A DNA stretch of 64,000 nucleotides from an uncultured Methylomirabilota bacterium. Its GTDB lineage: Bacteria; Methylomirabilota; Methylomirabilia; Methylomirabilales; 2-02-FULL-66-22. The notes under the pieces were generated by a model. The model worked only from the letters and a program-made list of their open reading frames with translations. It searched no databases and had not been told where the DNA came from. The position numbers and the translations under genes are program-made. Positions 10,735-21,860 of this stretch are shown here, piece by piece; the stretch's first letter is position 1; every line of letters starts with the position of its first letter. The stretch spans positions 4,032,001 to 4,096,000 of the forward strand of contig OY970067.1 in the NCBI GenBank assembly GCA_963705305.1, written 5' to 3'.

Positions 10735-11433
10735 ATGATGAACGTCCACGTCCTCCAGCACGTGCCCTTCGAGGGGCTCGGCAGCATCGCCCCGTGGCTC
10801 GAGGCGCGGTACGCTAGGATCACGATGACGTCGTTCTATGCCGATCCCAGCCTTCCGACCATGAGCGGACTTGATCTCGTCATCGCGCTGGGGGGACCGA
10901 TGAGCGTGAATGACGAGGCGGCCCTGCCCTGGCTCCGGGCCGAGAAGGCGTTTCTGCTCGAGGCGATCCGGCGCGGCGTCGCCGTCCTGGGCGTGTGCCT
11001 CGGGGCCCAGCTCATCGCGAGCGCCCTCGGCGCCCGCGTGTACCGGAACCCGGTCAAGGAGATCGGCTGGTTCCCGATCGAGCGCACCACCGGGGCCTCC
11101 GATGTCGTGCCACTTCCCTCCGGCCATCCCGTGTTCCACTGGCACGGCGAGACGTTCGACCTGCCCGCCGGCGCAGTGCACCTGGCGCGGACCGCGGCCT
11201 GCGCACACCAGGCGTTTCAGCTGGGGGCCAAGGTGGTCGCGTTGCAGTTCCACCTGGAGACGACCCCGGAGAGTGCGCGCGCGTTGGTCCACCACTGCCC
11301 GGAGGATCTCACCTCCGGTCCCTGCGTCCAATCCGGCACGGAGCTGCTGGCGGTTCCCCCGGACGTTTTTCGCCAAATCCACGCCGGCATGGATCAGGTG
11401 CTGGCCTATCTCGCCAAGCGATGGCAGCTGTAG
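10735..11433 (+). CDS. Type 1 glutamine amidotransferase (GMP synthase-like)
   Basis: LQHVPFEG, LGGPMSVND, GVCLGAQL, HWHGETF, QFHLE. Confidence 0.92.
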   Translation: MMNVHVLQHVPFEGLGSIAPWLEARYARITMTSFYADPSLPTMSGLDLVIALGGPMSVNDEAALPWLRAEKAFLLEAIRRGVAVLGVCLGAQLIASALGARVYRNPVKEIGWFPIERTTGASDVVPLPSGHPVFHWHGETFDLPAGAVHLARTAACAHQAFQLGAKVVALQFHLETTPESARALVHHCPEDLTSGPCVQSGTELLAVPPDVFRQIHAGMDQVLAYLAKRWQL

Positions 11434-11462
11434 GGGCGGGACAAGTGCAGAAGGGAGGTACC

Positions 11463-12161
11463 ATGACTGCAATCGCCTTGATCACGGGTGCGAACCACGG
11501 CATCAGGCTGGAGACTGCCCGCCAGTTAGCCGGGCGCGGCATCCACGTCGTCCTGGGGACGCGCAGGCGAGCGGAGGGTGAGCAGGCGGCGGCGCGGATC
11601 AAGCAGGAGGGCAGCACGGCGAGCGTGCTCACCATAGATGTGCAGGATTCGGCCAGCATCCACAGGGCGGCCCAGGCCTTCACGCGAATCGGAGAGCGCC
11701 TGGACGTCCTCGTGAATAATGCCGGCATCTACCCAGATAAGGGCGTCTCGATCCTGACGGTCTCCCGGGAACAGGTGACCACCACGCTCCAGACCAACAC
11801 GGTCGGTCCATTGATGGTCACCCAGGCGTTCGTGCCCCTCCTGAAGAAGGCCGCCCCGGCGCGGGTCATCAACGTCTCCAGCAGCTACGGGCAGCTCAGG
11901 GACCTCTCCCCGGAGGTCCCCAGCTACTGCCTGTCGAAGCTCGCGCTCAACGGGGTGACGATCCTGCTCGCGAAGGCCTTGGCAGGGGAGCGCATCGCCG
12001 TGAACTCCATGTGCCCCGGGTGGGTCCGCACGGACATGGGCGGGCCCACCGCGCCGCGCTCGGTGGCCGAGGGAGCGGACACGGCCGTCTGGCTGGCAAC
12101 CGAGGCATCCCAGGAGCTCACCGGTAAGTTCTTTCGCGATCGCCAGGAGATCCCCTGGTGA
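11463..12161 (+). CDS. SDR family NAD(P)-dependent oxidoreductase
   Basis: ITGANHGI (G-rich motif partly degenerate), LVNNAG, YCLSK, CPGWVRTDMGG; RBS GGAGG before ATG 11463. Confidence 0.9.
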   Translation: MTAIALITGANHGIRLETARQLAGRGIHVVLGTRRRAEGEQAAARIKQEGSTASVLTIDVQDSASIHRAAQAFTRIGERLDVLVNNAGIYPDKGVSILTVSREQVTTTLQTNTVGPLMVTQAFVPLLKKAAPARVINVSSSYGQLRDLSPEVPSYCLSKLALNGVTILLAKALAGERIAVNSMCPGWVRTDMGGPTAPRSVAEGADTAVWLATEASQELTGKFFRDRQEIPW

Positions 12162-12190
12162 ATGCAGAGGTCGTGCGAGCACGTGATATA

Positions 12191-12249
12191 CGGGACTCAA
12201 AATCCCGCGAGGGTAACCTCATGAGGGTTCGATTCCCTCCCCCGGCACC
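12191..12249 (+). tRNA. 3' fragment of tRNA-Leu(CAA), att-like
   Basis: CGGGA-CTCAAAA-TCCCG anticodon arm, long variable arm, GAGGGTTCGATTCCCTC T-arm, CCCCGGCACC; no matching 5' half upstream. Confidence 0.8.
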
Positions 12250-12389
12250 CTAATTGTGCAATGGATGTCTGGGGTCAGAGGAGCCGAAGGGGCAAGCGGA
12301 AAATGCGCTTGACAAGGCCATCTAGGAAGAGTTAAAAGTGTCGACATTCATCAGTCGGAATCACACCTGTTGTTGCCGGGGGGTACCGG

Positions 12390-13244
12390 ATGAACGCCGT
12401 CACGAATCCTCCGAGGACAGCCTCTCGCGCAACAACCACGTCCCGGGCCTCTGACCCACCGATCCCGTATCGCACGATCGCCGAGCGCGTGGCCGACTGG
12501 ATGCGCCAGCGCATCCTCGGTCGAGAGCTTACGCCTGGCACGCTCCTGCGCGAGGCGCGGATCGCGCGGGAGTTGCAGACGAGCCGGGCACCAGTCCGCG
12601 AGGCGATCGGCCAACTCGTGCAAGAGGGGTGGGCGACCAAGCGGCCAAACCAGAGCGCCCGCATCATTGCTCCCAATGAAACCATGCTCCGAGAGGCGGC
12701 GACGCTGCGCAATGTGCTGGAAGGGTATGCGGCCACGCTGGCTCTAGACCGGCTCGACGAGGAAGCGTATCGCGCGCTCGCGGACATCGTGAACGGCATG
12801 CAACGCGCCATGGCAAAGGGGCAGTTTTCGCGCGCATTCGAGTTGGATTATGCCTTCCATGATGCCGTGATGCGCGCAGCTGGACACCGGATGCTCTACG
12901 AGATGTGGGCGCGGATGGGGATGCATGTCCGGCTCCTGATCTCGGGGACGAACGTCTTGGACCGCGACCTGCGCAGGACCGTGAATCTGCACCGGCGCCT
13001 TCTCACCGCATTTCGACGGCGAGATGTCGTGAGCGCGCGGCAGTTGATGGGGACCCCTCCCCAAGACTTCGAGGAGTTGGTGGCTCGCGTCGCCCCGGTC
13101 GCCGCGGGGCGGTGCAACGCCGGAAGGACGTCAGGTCGGGGTAATGCCGATGCGAGGAAAGGTGGACCGCAGGACGTGGCGGTGGCGGGCGCGCGGTACG
13201 CACGCTCCTCGCAAGGACCCGGGCGGAGGTGGCGGTCCCGCTAA
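12390..13244 (+). CDS. GntR (FCD) family transcriptional regulator
   Basis: IAERVADWMRQRI...SRAPVREA; DYAFHDA; TTGACA at 12309 and a TGTCGACA palindrome upstream. Confidence 0.88.
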   Translation: MNAVTNPPRTASRATTTSRASDPPIPYRTIAERVADWMRQRILGRELTPGTLLREARIARELQTSRAPVREAIGQLVQEGWATKRPNQSARIIAPNETMLREAATLRNVLEGYAATLALDRLDEEAYRALADIVNGMQRAMAKGQFSRAFELDYAFHDAVMRAAGHRMLYEMWARMGMHVRLLISGTNVLDRDLRRTVNLHRRLLTAFRRRDVVSARQLMGTPPQDFEELVARVAPVAAGRCNAGRTSGRGNADARKGGPQDVAVAGARYARSSQGPGRRWRSR

Positions 13245-13313
13245 ATCGGGAGCGCGAGGTGGACCACTTTCCATTTCCCGGGCCTTTGGACAACATTCGC
13301 AAGGAGACTGGCC

Positions 13314-14666
13314 GTGAATATCAGCGATGCCAAGTACGCCACCGAGCAATACCTCCGCCACATCATGCTGGATTACATGCAAATGACGGAGTTCGTGAAG
13401 GAGCCCTTCGTCGTCGCGAAGGCCGACGGCATTCGCTTCTGGGATGTCCACGGGAAGGAGTACCTGGACGGACTGGCCGGCATCTTCGTGGTGAATGTCG
13501 GGTACAATAACCCCCGAGTGCTCGAAGCGGTCCGGCGGCAACTCGAGACGTTACCGTTCAACCCCCCGATGCACGGCACGAACCCCCGGGCCATCGAGCT
13601 GGCCAACCTCCTGGCCGAGATCACGCCCGGCGACCTCCACACCGCGCGCCTGGTGGACAGTGGCTCCGAGGCGAACGAGGCCGCCTTCAAGATCGCCCGG
13701 CAGTACCATCGGCAGACGGGGAACCCCGGAAAATTCAAGATCCTCTCCCGTTACCTGAGTTACCATGGGGCCACCGGCTCCACGATGAGCGCCGGCGGGG
13801 TCGGCTATCGCAAGACCCTCTACGAGCCCGCGGCCATCGGCCACCTCCACACCTACCCGCCCTACTGCTACCGGTGCCCCTACGAGAAGACGTACCCCGC
13901 CTGCGAGGTCTTTTGCGCCCGCACGGTTCGGCAGCTGATCGAGTGGGAGGACCCCCGGTCGATCGCGGCGATCATCGTCGAGCCCATCAGCAACACTGGC
14001 GGGATCATCACCCCACCCTCGGAGTACCTGAAGATTCTCCGGCAGCTCTGCGACGAGCACCAGATCCTCCTCATCTTCGACGAGATCATCACCGGCTTCG
14101 GCCGGACGGGGGCTCTCTTCGCCGCCAACACCTTCGACGTGGTGCCGGACATCCTCTGCTGCGGGAAGGGTATGAGTAGCGGCTACGCCCCCTTGGCCGC
14201 CGCTATCCTCCGGGAGCCTGTGGCAGCGGCCTTCTGGGGGAAACCGGGAACCGAATTCGCCCACGGCCACACCTATGCGGGCAATCCGGTGGCCTGTGCC
14301 GCCGGCCTGGCCAGCATTCGGGAGATCCTCGAACGCAAGCTCCCGGAGAACGCGAAGCAGGTAGGGGCTCACCTCGTGCAGCGACTCGAAAAGCTCCGGC
14401 CCCTCGGGGTCGTCGGCGACATCCGAGGCAAGGGGCTCATGATCGGGGCGGAGCTGGTCAAGGATCCCGTGACGCGGACCCCCTTTGGAACCGAGGTGAA
14501 GTTCGGCCTGCGGGTGGGGCGGCGCTGCCTCGAGCGCGGCCTCCTGCTCCGCTACGATCCGCACTGGATCGCCTTCGGTCCGGCCCTCATCGTGACCGAG
14601 GCGGACATCGACCAGATGGTCGACATCCTGGAACAGAGCATTAAGGAGGTGCTGCGGGAGCTGTAA
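13314..14666 (+). CDS. Class III PLP aminotransferase
   Basis: SGSEANEAAFK, SYHG, FDEIITGFGRTG, PDILCCGKG, HGHTYAGNP. Confidence 0.93.
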   Translation: MNISDAKYATEQYLRHIMLDYMQMTEFVKEPFVVAKADGIRFWDVHGKEYLDGLAGIFVVNVGYNNPRVLEAVRRQLETLPFNPPMHGTNPRAIELANLLAEITPGDLHTARLVDSGSEANEAAFKIARQYHRQTGNPGKFKILSRYLSYHGATGSTMSAGGVGYRKTLYEPAAIGHLHTYPPYCYRCPYEKTYPACEVFCARTVRQLIEWEDPRSIAAIIVEPISNTGGIITPPSEYLKILRQLCDEHQILLIFDEIITGFGRTGALFAANTFDVVPDILCCGKGMSSGYAPLAAAILREPVAAAFWGKPGTEFAHGHTYAGNPVACAAGLASIREILERKLPENAKQVGAHLVQRLEKLRPLGVVGDIRGKGLMIGAELVKDPVTRTPFGTEVKFGLRVGRRCLERGLLLRYDPHWIAFGPALIVTEADIDQMVDILEQSIKEVLREL

Positions 14667-14696
14667 GAACCCCAGAGCGGAAAGGAGGAGCAGAGA

Positions 14697-15159
14697 ATGC
14701 CAGCCAATCGCGAGCGTGCCCTGGCCATCATGCGGGAGCACAACCTCGATGCCATCGTCACGATGATGCCGGAAAACATGACCTATCTGACAGATTTCCC
14801 GATGCTGCACGGCTGCCTGGCGGAGACGAAGGTCTATGTAGTCTTTCCGGCCGCCCTGGATCAGAAACCGAGTATCGTGATCCCGCGGAATTCAGTGGAC
14901 ATGCTGACGTCCTCCAGCTCCACCGTGGACGACATCTGGCTTCACGGGAATTTTTTCCTGTTCGAGTCCGAGGGAATGGATCCGACGACCCTGACCGAGG
15001 AGGAGCGGCGCCTGCGCGCAGCGCTCCGCAGCCCGCACACCCCGTCCGATCTGGATGCGCTGCGGGCCTGCCTGAAGGCCAAGGGTTTGGAGGCCGCGCG
15101 CATCGGGTTCGACGAGAAGTCGCTCCAGAGTCCGGATGTCTTTGAGCAGATCGCGGGCC
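14697..15159 (+). pseudogene. M24 peptidase/creatinase-like N-terminal domain, truncated by IS3
   Basis: NLDAIV..PEN.TYLT, RIGFDE; the frame runs into the IS3 left IR and no continuation follows the IS. Confidence 0.65.
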
Positions 15160-15231
15160 TGACCTGCCCCCCGGAAATTGGTCCAGGGTTGATGTAGGAT
15201 AGGACCGATTTTCCAAGAGAGGAGGCAGGGC

Positions 15232-15510
15232 ATGCCACAGAAGCGCTTCACCCCAGAAGAGATCATCGGCAAGCTCCGCCACGCCGATGTCCTGCTTGGC
15301 CAGGGGAAGAAGCTGGCCGAGGTCGTCAAGGCCCTCGGCGTCAGCGACGTCACCGACTCCCGCTGGCGCCAGGAGTTCGGCGGCCTGTCCACCGCCCAGG
15401 CGAAGCGCCTGAAGGAGCTGGAGCGGGAGAACGGGCAGCTCCGGAAGGTGGTCGCCGATCTCACCCTTGACAAGCTGATCCTCCAGGAGGCCGCCACGGG
15501 AACCTGCTGA
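15232..15510 (+). CDS. IS3 OrfA (HTH)
   Basis: KRFTPEEII.KLR, RLKELEREN..LRK.VADL.LDK.IL. Confidence 0.88.
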   Translation: MPQKRFTPEEIIGKLRHADVLLGQGKKLAEVVKALGVSDVTDSRWRQEFGGLSTAQAKRLKELERENGQLRKVVADLTLDKLILQEAATGTC

Positions 15511-15515
15511 GCCCC

Positions 15516-16385
15516 TTGCGGCGGCGCCGGTGTGTCGCGGCGGTGTGCGGGGGGCTGGGGGTCTCCGAACGACGGGCCTGCCGCGTCCTGGGTCAGCACC
15601 GGGCGACGCAGCGGCATCAGCCGGTGCTGCGCCCCGACGAGGCCCCACTGACCGCCGCGATCGTGCAGCTGGCGACCCAGTACGGCCGGTACGGCTACCG
15701 GCGGATCACGGCGCTCTTGCGACAGGACGGGTGGACAGTGAATCCCAAGCGGGTGGAACGGCTCGGGCGGCTTGAGGGGTTGAAGGTGCCGCCCCGGCAA
15801 CCCAAGCGGGGCCGCCTGTGGCTCACCGACGGCTCGTGCGTGCGGCTCCGGCCCATGCACCGGAATCACGTCTGGGCGTATGACTTCCTGACGGACCGGA
15901 CCCACGCTGGAAAAGCGTTCCGGCTCCTCACGGTGCTGGACGAGTTCACCCGGGAGTGCCTGGCGATCGTGGTCGCCCGCCGGCTTACGGCGGGTGACGT
16001 CCTGGCCACTTTAACGCGGCTCTTCGTCGAGCGCGGGGTCCCGGAGCACCTCCGGTCGGATAACGGCCCGGCGCTCTGTGCCAAGGTGGTCCGAGGTTGG
16101 TTACATTGGCTGGGCGTACACACTCTGGTTCTCGAGCCGGGGAGCCCCTGGGAGCACGGTTACAACGAGTCCTTCAACGGGAAGCTCCGGGACGAGCTCC
16201 TGAATCGGGAGATCTTCTCCACGCTACAGGAGGCGCAGGTCCTGATCGAGCGATGGCGGCAGCACTACAACCGGATCCGGCCCCACAGCGCGCTGGGCTA
16301 CCGACCCCCAGCTCCCGAGACGCGGGCCTTCCCCACGCTGTCCCCGCCGCCAGTCCCCGGGCTGGCATTAGGAGCTTTGAACTAA
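15516..16385 (+). CDS. IS3 OrfB DDE transposase (degenerate)
   Basis: YGYRRI, VWAYDF, LRSDNG, ESFNGKLRDE, RPHSALGY. Confidence 0.88.
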   Translation: MRRRRCVAAVCGGLGVSERRACRVLGQHRATQRHQPVLRPDEAPLTAAIVQLATQYGRYGYRRITALLRQDGWTVNPKRVERLGRLEGLKVPPRQPKRGRLWLTDGSCVRLRPMHRNHVWAYDFLTDRTHAGKAFRLLTVLDEFTRECLAIVVARRLTAGDVLATLTRLFVERGVPEHLRSDNGPALCAKVVRGWLHWLGVHTLVLEPGSPWEHGYNESFNGKLRDELLNREIFSTLQEAQVLIERWRQHYNRIRPHSALGYRPPAPETRAFPTLSPPPVPGLALGALN

Positions 16386-17025
16386 CATGCGGGTGGACCA
16401 ATCAGTGGGGGCAGGCCAAGGTATGGGGATGACCTCGCGTGAACGTATGCTGGCGGCTTTATCCCATCGGCAGCCCGATCGGGCTCCGCTGGACCTCGGC
16501 GGGACAAGAAACTCCACGATGGTATTGGAAGGCTACGAGCGGATTAAGGCACATTTCCTCATCTCGGCGCCGTCCGTGATAACCGAGCGGATGATGCAGG
16601 TGGTGGAGATCGATGAGGGGGTCCTCACTCTCCTGGGGATCGATACCCGGGCGGTTTTCCCGAGCGGGACGACGCGGGGGCTAGCGGCCGACCTTGGACC
16701 ATGCCGGTATCGCGACATGTGGGGCGTAGAACGAGTCCAGCCCGAAGGAAGCCACTATTGCGATCTGGTGCTCTCACCCCTCTCGGGAGACGTGACGGAC
16801 GACGGCATCCTGAAATACCCCTGGCCGGATCCCGACGACCCCGGATTCACTGCCGGCCCGAAGGATCGCGTGGGCTGGATCCGGGAGCACACACAGGCTG
16901 CGTCGGTCCTGGCGCTCCCATCCGCCTTCGTTCACATCAGCCAGTACCTGCGCAGCTTCGAGGACTGGTTTTGCGATTTCGTCGCGAACCCGAAACGGCT
17001 GAATATCCTCTTTGACGCCATCCTA

Positions 17026-18193
17026 GTCTACCGTGTCACACAGATGCCATCTTATGCAGCACTGCTCGAGCCCGCTCGACTTTCGCCAGGATGTCCTCCA
17101 CCTTGGCCGTCCAGGTGAACGACCGGGGGTGGCGGTTGTGGTGTGCGATGAAGGCCTCAATGGCGGCGATGAGGTCGGCGACGCTCTTGAAGACGCCCCG
17201 GCGGAGCCGCTTGGTCGTGAGCTCCCGGAACCACCGCTCGATGAGATTCAACCACGAGCTGCTGGTCGGAATGAAGTGCATGTGGAAGCGTGGGTGGCGG
17301 GCGAGCCAGCGCTGGACCGCAGGGTGTTTATGGGTGGCGTAGTTGTCCACGATCAGGTGGAGGTCCAGGTCGGGCGGGGTCTGCGCGTCGATCAGCCGGA
17401 GGAACCGGAGCCACTCCTGGTGCCGATGCTTGGGCAGGCACGTGCCGATGAGCTGGCCCGTCACGAGCCCCAGGGCGGCGAAGAGCGTGGTCGTGCCGTT
17501 CCGCTTGTAGTCGTGGGTCAGGGTGCCGCACCGGCCCTTCTTCAGCGGGAGGCCGGGTTGGGTGCGGTCGAGCGCTTGGATCTGGCTCTTCTCGTCGGCG
17601 CACAGCACCAACGCGTGCTCAGGGGGATTCAGGTACAGCCCCACCACATCGGTCAGCTTCTCGAGGAACCGCCGGTCGCGGCTCACCTTGAACGGGCGGA
17701 CCCGATGCGGCTTCAGGCCGTGGGCCTGCCAGACCCGGTGCACGGTCTTCGGGCTCACGCCGACCGCGGCCGCCAGGGTCCGCGTGCTCCAGTGGGTGGC
17801 GGCGGGCGGCGCGCTGGTTGTCGTCAGGGTGACGATGCGCTGCAGGACCGCCGGGGCGATGGCGGGCGTCCGGCCGGGGCGCGGGGCATCCCGCTCGATC
17901 CCGGCCAGCCGCTGCTGGGCGAAGCGAGTCCGCCACCGACCCACACACTCGCGATCCGTGTCCAGGGCCCGGGCGACCTCGTCGTTCCGCTGCCCCGCCG
18001 CCGCGCGCAGGACGATCTGCGCCCGGCGCACGAGGCGCGCGGGGGTGCGCCGCCCCCGTGCCCAGCGTTCCAAGATGGTGCGTTCCTGCGGGCTCAGCAC
18101 AATCGGCACCGCCACACGCATGGCTTGCTCCTCCTCACCGAGGAGCATACCAGAGTACGTACTATAAGTCACCGTATTTATGACACACTAGAC
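17026..18193 (-). mobile_element. IS630 family element
   Basis: TA duplication (17024-25 / 18194-95, within CTAG); imperfect IRs GTCTA..GTGTCA. Confidence 0.92.
17036..18121 (-). CDS. IS630 transposase
   Basis: [43 protein letters not shown]. Confidence 0.93.
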   Translation of the reverse strand: MRVAVPIVLSPQERTILERWARGRRTPARLVRRAQIVLRAAAGQRNDEVARALDTDRECVGRWRTRFAQQRLAGIERDAPRPGRTPAIAPAVLQRIVTLTTTSAPPAATHWSTRTLAAAVGVSPKTVHRVWQAHGLKPHRVRPFKVSRDRRFLEKLTDVVGLYLNPPEHALVLCADEKSQIQALDRTQPGLPLKKGRCGTLTHDYKRNGTTTLFAALGLVTGQLIGTCLPKHRHQEWLRFLRLIDAQTPPDLDLHLIVDNYATHKHPAVQRWLARHPRFHMHFIPTSSSWLNLIERWFRELTTKRLRRGVFKSVADLIAAIEAFIAHHNRHPRSFTWTAKVEDILAKVERARAVLHKMASV

Positions 18194-18815
18194 TAGATGT
18201 CACGATGGCCATCGCCAGGCGCCAACTCCAGGAGGTCGGCCACGAGGTGGACGTGGTACTCACCTCGGATGATCTGGGCTCCCAGAATGATTTCCTAGTG
18301 AGCCGCGAGCACTATCTCAGGTACATCAAGCCGAGGCAACAGCGCCTCTTCCGGCAAATCAAAGATCTCACGCCGGCCAAGGAGGTCTTCCACTCCTGCG
18401 GCGCGGTGGCTTCGATCATCGATGACCTGATCGAGATGGGTGTGGACGGGCTGAATCCCGTTCAGGCCCAGGCTACTGGGATGCAGCCGGCCGAGTTGAA
18501 GCGGAAGTACCGGGGGCGGATGGCTTTCTGGGGCGGGACGGATGCGCAGGGCATTGTCCCGCGTGGCGGCGTGGCCGAGGTGAAGCGGATGGTCGAGGAG
18601 TTGATCGAGGCCATGGGTGAAGGGGGCGGGTACGTTTTCTCCAACTGTCACAACATCCAGCCGGACGTTCCCCTGGAAAACGTACTGGCCATGTTCGAAC
18701 ACGCCCGGGAGTACGTTCCTTCGTTTGCACACTAGCGTACGTCTAACAAGCCCCTGTTAAACAGGGCAAACAGGGCATCTGAATCCAGAATACCCACAGG
18801 ACACCGGAGGACCCC

Positions 18816-19550
18816 ATGTTCCAGGATGTATTTGCGCTGTTTAATTTTCGAAATACACTTGAGTATCTCCCGGATCTCCTCTGGGCAGCACTGATCAGCG
18901 TCGAACTCACCTTTGCGGTCATGGCGCTCAGCCTCGTATTCGGGTTAATTGTGGCGCTGGCGCGGATGTCCCGTCTTCGGGCCATCCGAACTATCGCGGC
19001 GACCTACGTAGAAATCATGCGCGGAACGCCCTGCCTGCTGCAACTCTTTTATATCTATTTCGTTTTCCCAGCGTTTGGGATCCGGCTCCCTCCGTTTACA
19101 GCGGCCGTGATCGGGCTAACGATGAATTATTCGGCGTACCTATCCGAGGTGTACAGGGCCGGCATTCAAGCGGTTGCGAAGGGGCAACTCGAAGCCGCCC
19201 AGGCCCTCGGGATGTCTCGGGTTCTGATGATGCGATTGATCATTTTGCCGCAAGCAATCCGAATTGTAGTGCCTCCCCTGGGGAACTATTTCATCTCTCT
19301 CTTCAAGGACACATCGCTCGCCTCCACGATTACCCTTCGGGAGTTGATCTTCACCGGACAAATTATGTCGGCGACGAATTTCCAGTATTTCACGATTTTC
19401 ACGATCATCGGAGGCATATACCTCGCGCTCTCGTATCCCGGCGCGCTGGTGGTCCAGGCGCTCGAACGGCGCATGAAGATTGGTTACCGTCCACGCCAAG
19501 CCGCGCGGTTTTCAGGGGGAATCCAAAAAGTATCACAGAGTGCCGTCTAG
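18816..19550 (+). CDS. Polar amino acid ABC transporter permease
   Basis: [27 protein letters not shown]. Confidence 0.95.
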   Translation: MFQDVFALFNFRNTLEYLPDLLWAALISVELTFAVMALSLVFGLIVALARMSRLRAIRTIAATYVEIMRGTPCLLQLFYIYFVFPAFGIRLPPFTAAVIGLTMNYSAYLSEVYRAGIQAVAKGQLEAAQALGMSRVLMMRLIILPQAIRIVVPPLGNYFISLFKDTSLASTITLRELIFTGQIMSATNFQYFTIFTIIGGIYLALSYPGALVVQALERRMKIGYRPRQAARFSGGIQKVSQSAV

Positions 19551-19561
19551 GAGAGTGAGCA

Positions 19562-20359
19562 ATGATCCGCCTTGAACACGTTCACAAGTCGTTCGGACAC
19601 TTGCAGGTACTGCGCGATGTCTCGCTAGACGTGCAGAAGGGGGAGGTTGTCTGCATCATCGGCCCCTCGGGAGCTGGGAAATCCACCCTGCTGCGGTGCA
19701 TCAACCATCTGGAGCGGATTGATAGCGGGACCATCTATTTCGAGGGCACGCCCATTTACCGTTTCACGAGTCACGGTAAGCTGGTGGTTGATTCGGACCG
19801 CCGGATCGAACAGGTTCGAGCCCAAATCGGGATGGTGTTCCAGTCGTTTAACCTTTTCCCCCATTTCTCCGTGCTGGAGAACATCATGGTGGCCCCGATC
19901 CATGTCCGTGGCGATGCGCGGGATGAGGTGCGGCAGATCGCCCTGGCGCTCCTGACGAAGGTGGGACTGTCCGACAAAGTCGAAGCCTACCCTCATGAGT
20001 TGAGCGGAGGTCAGCAGCAGCGGGTGGCCATAGCCCGGGCGCTGGCGATGCAGCCAAAGGCCATGTTATTTGACGAGGTGACCTCGGCCCTTGACCCGGA
20101 ACTGATCGGTGAAGTGTTGCGTGTCATGCGACAACTCGCGGCCGAGGGTATGACGATGCTCGTCGTGACGCATGAAATGGGGTTCGCCCGCGATATAGCC
20201 GACCGGATCGTGTTCATGGCGGACGGGAGTGTATTGGAAGAAGGCACATCACAACAGATCTTCACCGCCCCGACGAACGAGCGCACCAAGCAGTTTCTCC
20301 AGTCGATCCTGGAGCGCAATGGGGAGCTTGAAGCTGGACCGCAGAGGTCTTCTCCGTAG
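19562..20359 (+). CDS. Polar amino acid ABC transporter ATP-binding protein
   Basis: [27 protein letters not shown]. Confidence 0.95.
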   Translation: MIRLEHVHKSFGHLQVLRDVSLDVQKGEVVCIIGPSGAGKSTLLRCINHLERIDSGTIYFEGTPIYRFTSHGKLVVDSDRRIEQVRAQIGMVFQSFNLFPHFSVLENIMVAPIHVRGDARDEVRQIALALLTKVGLSDKVEAYPHELSGGQQQRVAIARALAMQPKAMLFDEVTSALDPELIGEVLRVMRQLAAEGMTMLVVTHEMGFARDIADRIVFMADGSVLEEGTSQQIFTAPTNERTKQFLQSILERNGELEAGPQRSSP

Positions 20360-20617
20360 TATGAGGGCACTTAGGCCGCGTCGGGCTGGAACGCGGCGGC
20401 GAAGCCTGTCACCTGACAAGCAGAGGAGTCCTGCTGGTTTGATCGAGCGTTTGTAATCGGGTAGCCCTCGGTCCAGGTCGCACCATGTCAGAAAGGAGGT
20501 GAAACCGAGCTTCCGAGTAGCTAGGATGGGCCGGTCGCATGGCGGACCGACCCGAGAAGCGAGAACGGATCGATTGCTTCATCCCAGTTCTTGTAAGCAG
20601 TAAGGAGGAGTGAGGCC

Positions 20618-21490
20618 ATGCATCCACAATTGCGGGGAATCCTCTGGATAATTCTTACGGTACTATTGTTGGTGGGCACATCAGTTCCAGCATTTGCCGC
20701 TGGCGGAATACCGGGGATCAGCTCATTCAAGGGAGGAGATGGGTCCTTCGATCGCGTCGTCCGCGAAGGGATCGTCATCGCCATCTCCAACGACCCCCCG
20801 TATACTTACCAGGATGAAAAGACAAAAGAGTTCGATGGCGTAGACGTTCGCATCCTGCGGATGGTAACGAAACTCCTCGGGATTCAGAAGGTCCGTTGGG
20901 AGATCGTCCAGTTTGATACCATGATTCCGGGACTCATAGCAAAGCGTTGGGATGTTGTTGGGGACAATATCCATGAGAATGAGAAACGGCTTCCCGTGAT
21001 CGACTTCACGAGCCCGTCTTTCTGGTACGGTACCGCCTTGGCCGTGCAGAAAGGGAACCCGAAGAACATCCATACCTCGGCCGACCTCGCGGGTAAGGTC
21101 GTCGGCGTGGTCCGTGGGGCCTTTCAACACGGCCTTCTTGAAAAGCGTACTGACATCAAAGAACTCAAAATGTACACGTCCACTGAGACAGAGTTAGCCG
21201 ACCTAATGGCCGGCCGTATCGACGTAACCATGGATGATGACATCAAGATCAGCCTGTTCTTGAAGAACCATCCGAACGTTCCGATCGAGTTCGCATCCGG
21301 GTATTCCCCGGCCCTCGAGGAGTATGGCTATGCGCGGTACGGTCTCCGAAAGCAGGATGTTGACCTGAACCACGCCATATCCCGAGCGCTCGAGGAACTG
21401 CGGGCTAATCGCGATGGCATTCCCAAGCTCCTTGAAGAGGCTGGCTTCTCGCTCCGCAACATGTGGTACTGGCCAGCTTGCGGCAAGTAG
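20618..21490 (+). CDS. Polar amino acid ABC transporter substrate-binding protein
   Basis: Signal peptide, NDPPY, MIPGLIAKRWD, KGNPKNI. Confidence 0.92.
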   Translation: MHPQLRGILWIILTVLLLVGTSVPAFAAGGIPGISSFKGGDGSFDRVVREGIVIAISNDPPYTYQDEKTKEFDGVDVRILRMVTKLLGIQKVRWEIVQFDTMIPGLIAKRWDVVGDNIHENEKRLPVIDFTSPSFWYGTALAVQKGNPKNIHTSADLAGKVVGVVRGAFQHGLLEKRTDIKELKMYTSTETELADLMAGRIDVTMDDDIKISLFLKNHPNVPIEFASGYSPALEEYGYARYGLRKQDVDLNHAISRALEELRANRDGIPKLLEEAGFSLRNMWYWPACGK

Positions 21491-21499
21491 CGCTGCTGC

Positions 21500-21529
21500 A
21501 GCAGGGGCGGGGAGACACCCGCCCCTGCT
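21500..21529 (+). terminator. GC-rich hairpin after the SBP gene
   Basis: AGCAGGGGCGGG-GAGACA-CCCGCCCCTGCT. Confidence 0.6.
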
Positions 21530-21860
21530 CTATGTATTGTGGACACAATCCCGGGCCAACGCATTTTTGAATGGATGGTACTGGCCATCGTGATGAGATA
21601 AACAAAAGCACCCCAGCTCGCGACTTCCCGTTTGAGATCACGCGGAACCCCGCTTGTACAGCATCATGGAGGCCACCCGCTGAGAATCGTAATAACCACT
21701 GGGGCTACCCAGCGTCCATGCTGCTGGGGCGCTGATATATTGTTTTGGCACGGAGTCACGGGAAACGGATTCGTGCACGGCGTAGTCCTCAGACCGTTGC
21801 TGAGTTGGGGTTCGAAATCAAGAAGGATGATGGTACGTGGTAACCATAGGAGAGTCACAC

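Larger units (their letters stand above)
15160..16418 (+). mobile_element. IS3 family element (IS407-group-like)
   Basis: Imperfect IRs TGACCTGCCCCCCGGAAATTGGTCCA ... TGGACCAATCAGTGGGGGCAGGCCA; orfA/orfB; no target duplication. Confidence 0.92.
16423..18735 (+). pseudogene. Uroporphyrinogen decarboxylase/MtaA-CmuA-like protein split by IS630
   Basis: MTSRER..AL.HRQPDR.PLDLGG, DDLGSQ, FHSCG, GLNPVQ, FWGG.D, HNIQPDVP; removing 17026-18195 restores the frame (DAIL-DVTMA). Confidence 0.9.

Noticed and set aside
10568..12249. Complete tRNA-Val and tRNA-Leu genes
   Set aside because: Neither has a D-arm or a 5' acceptor strand; reported only as fragments.
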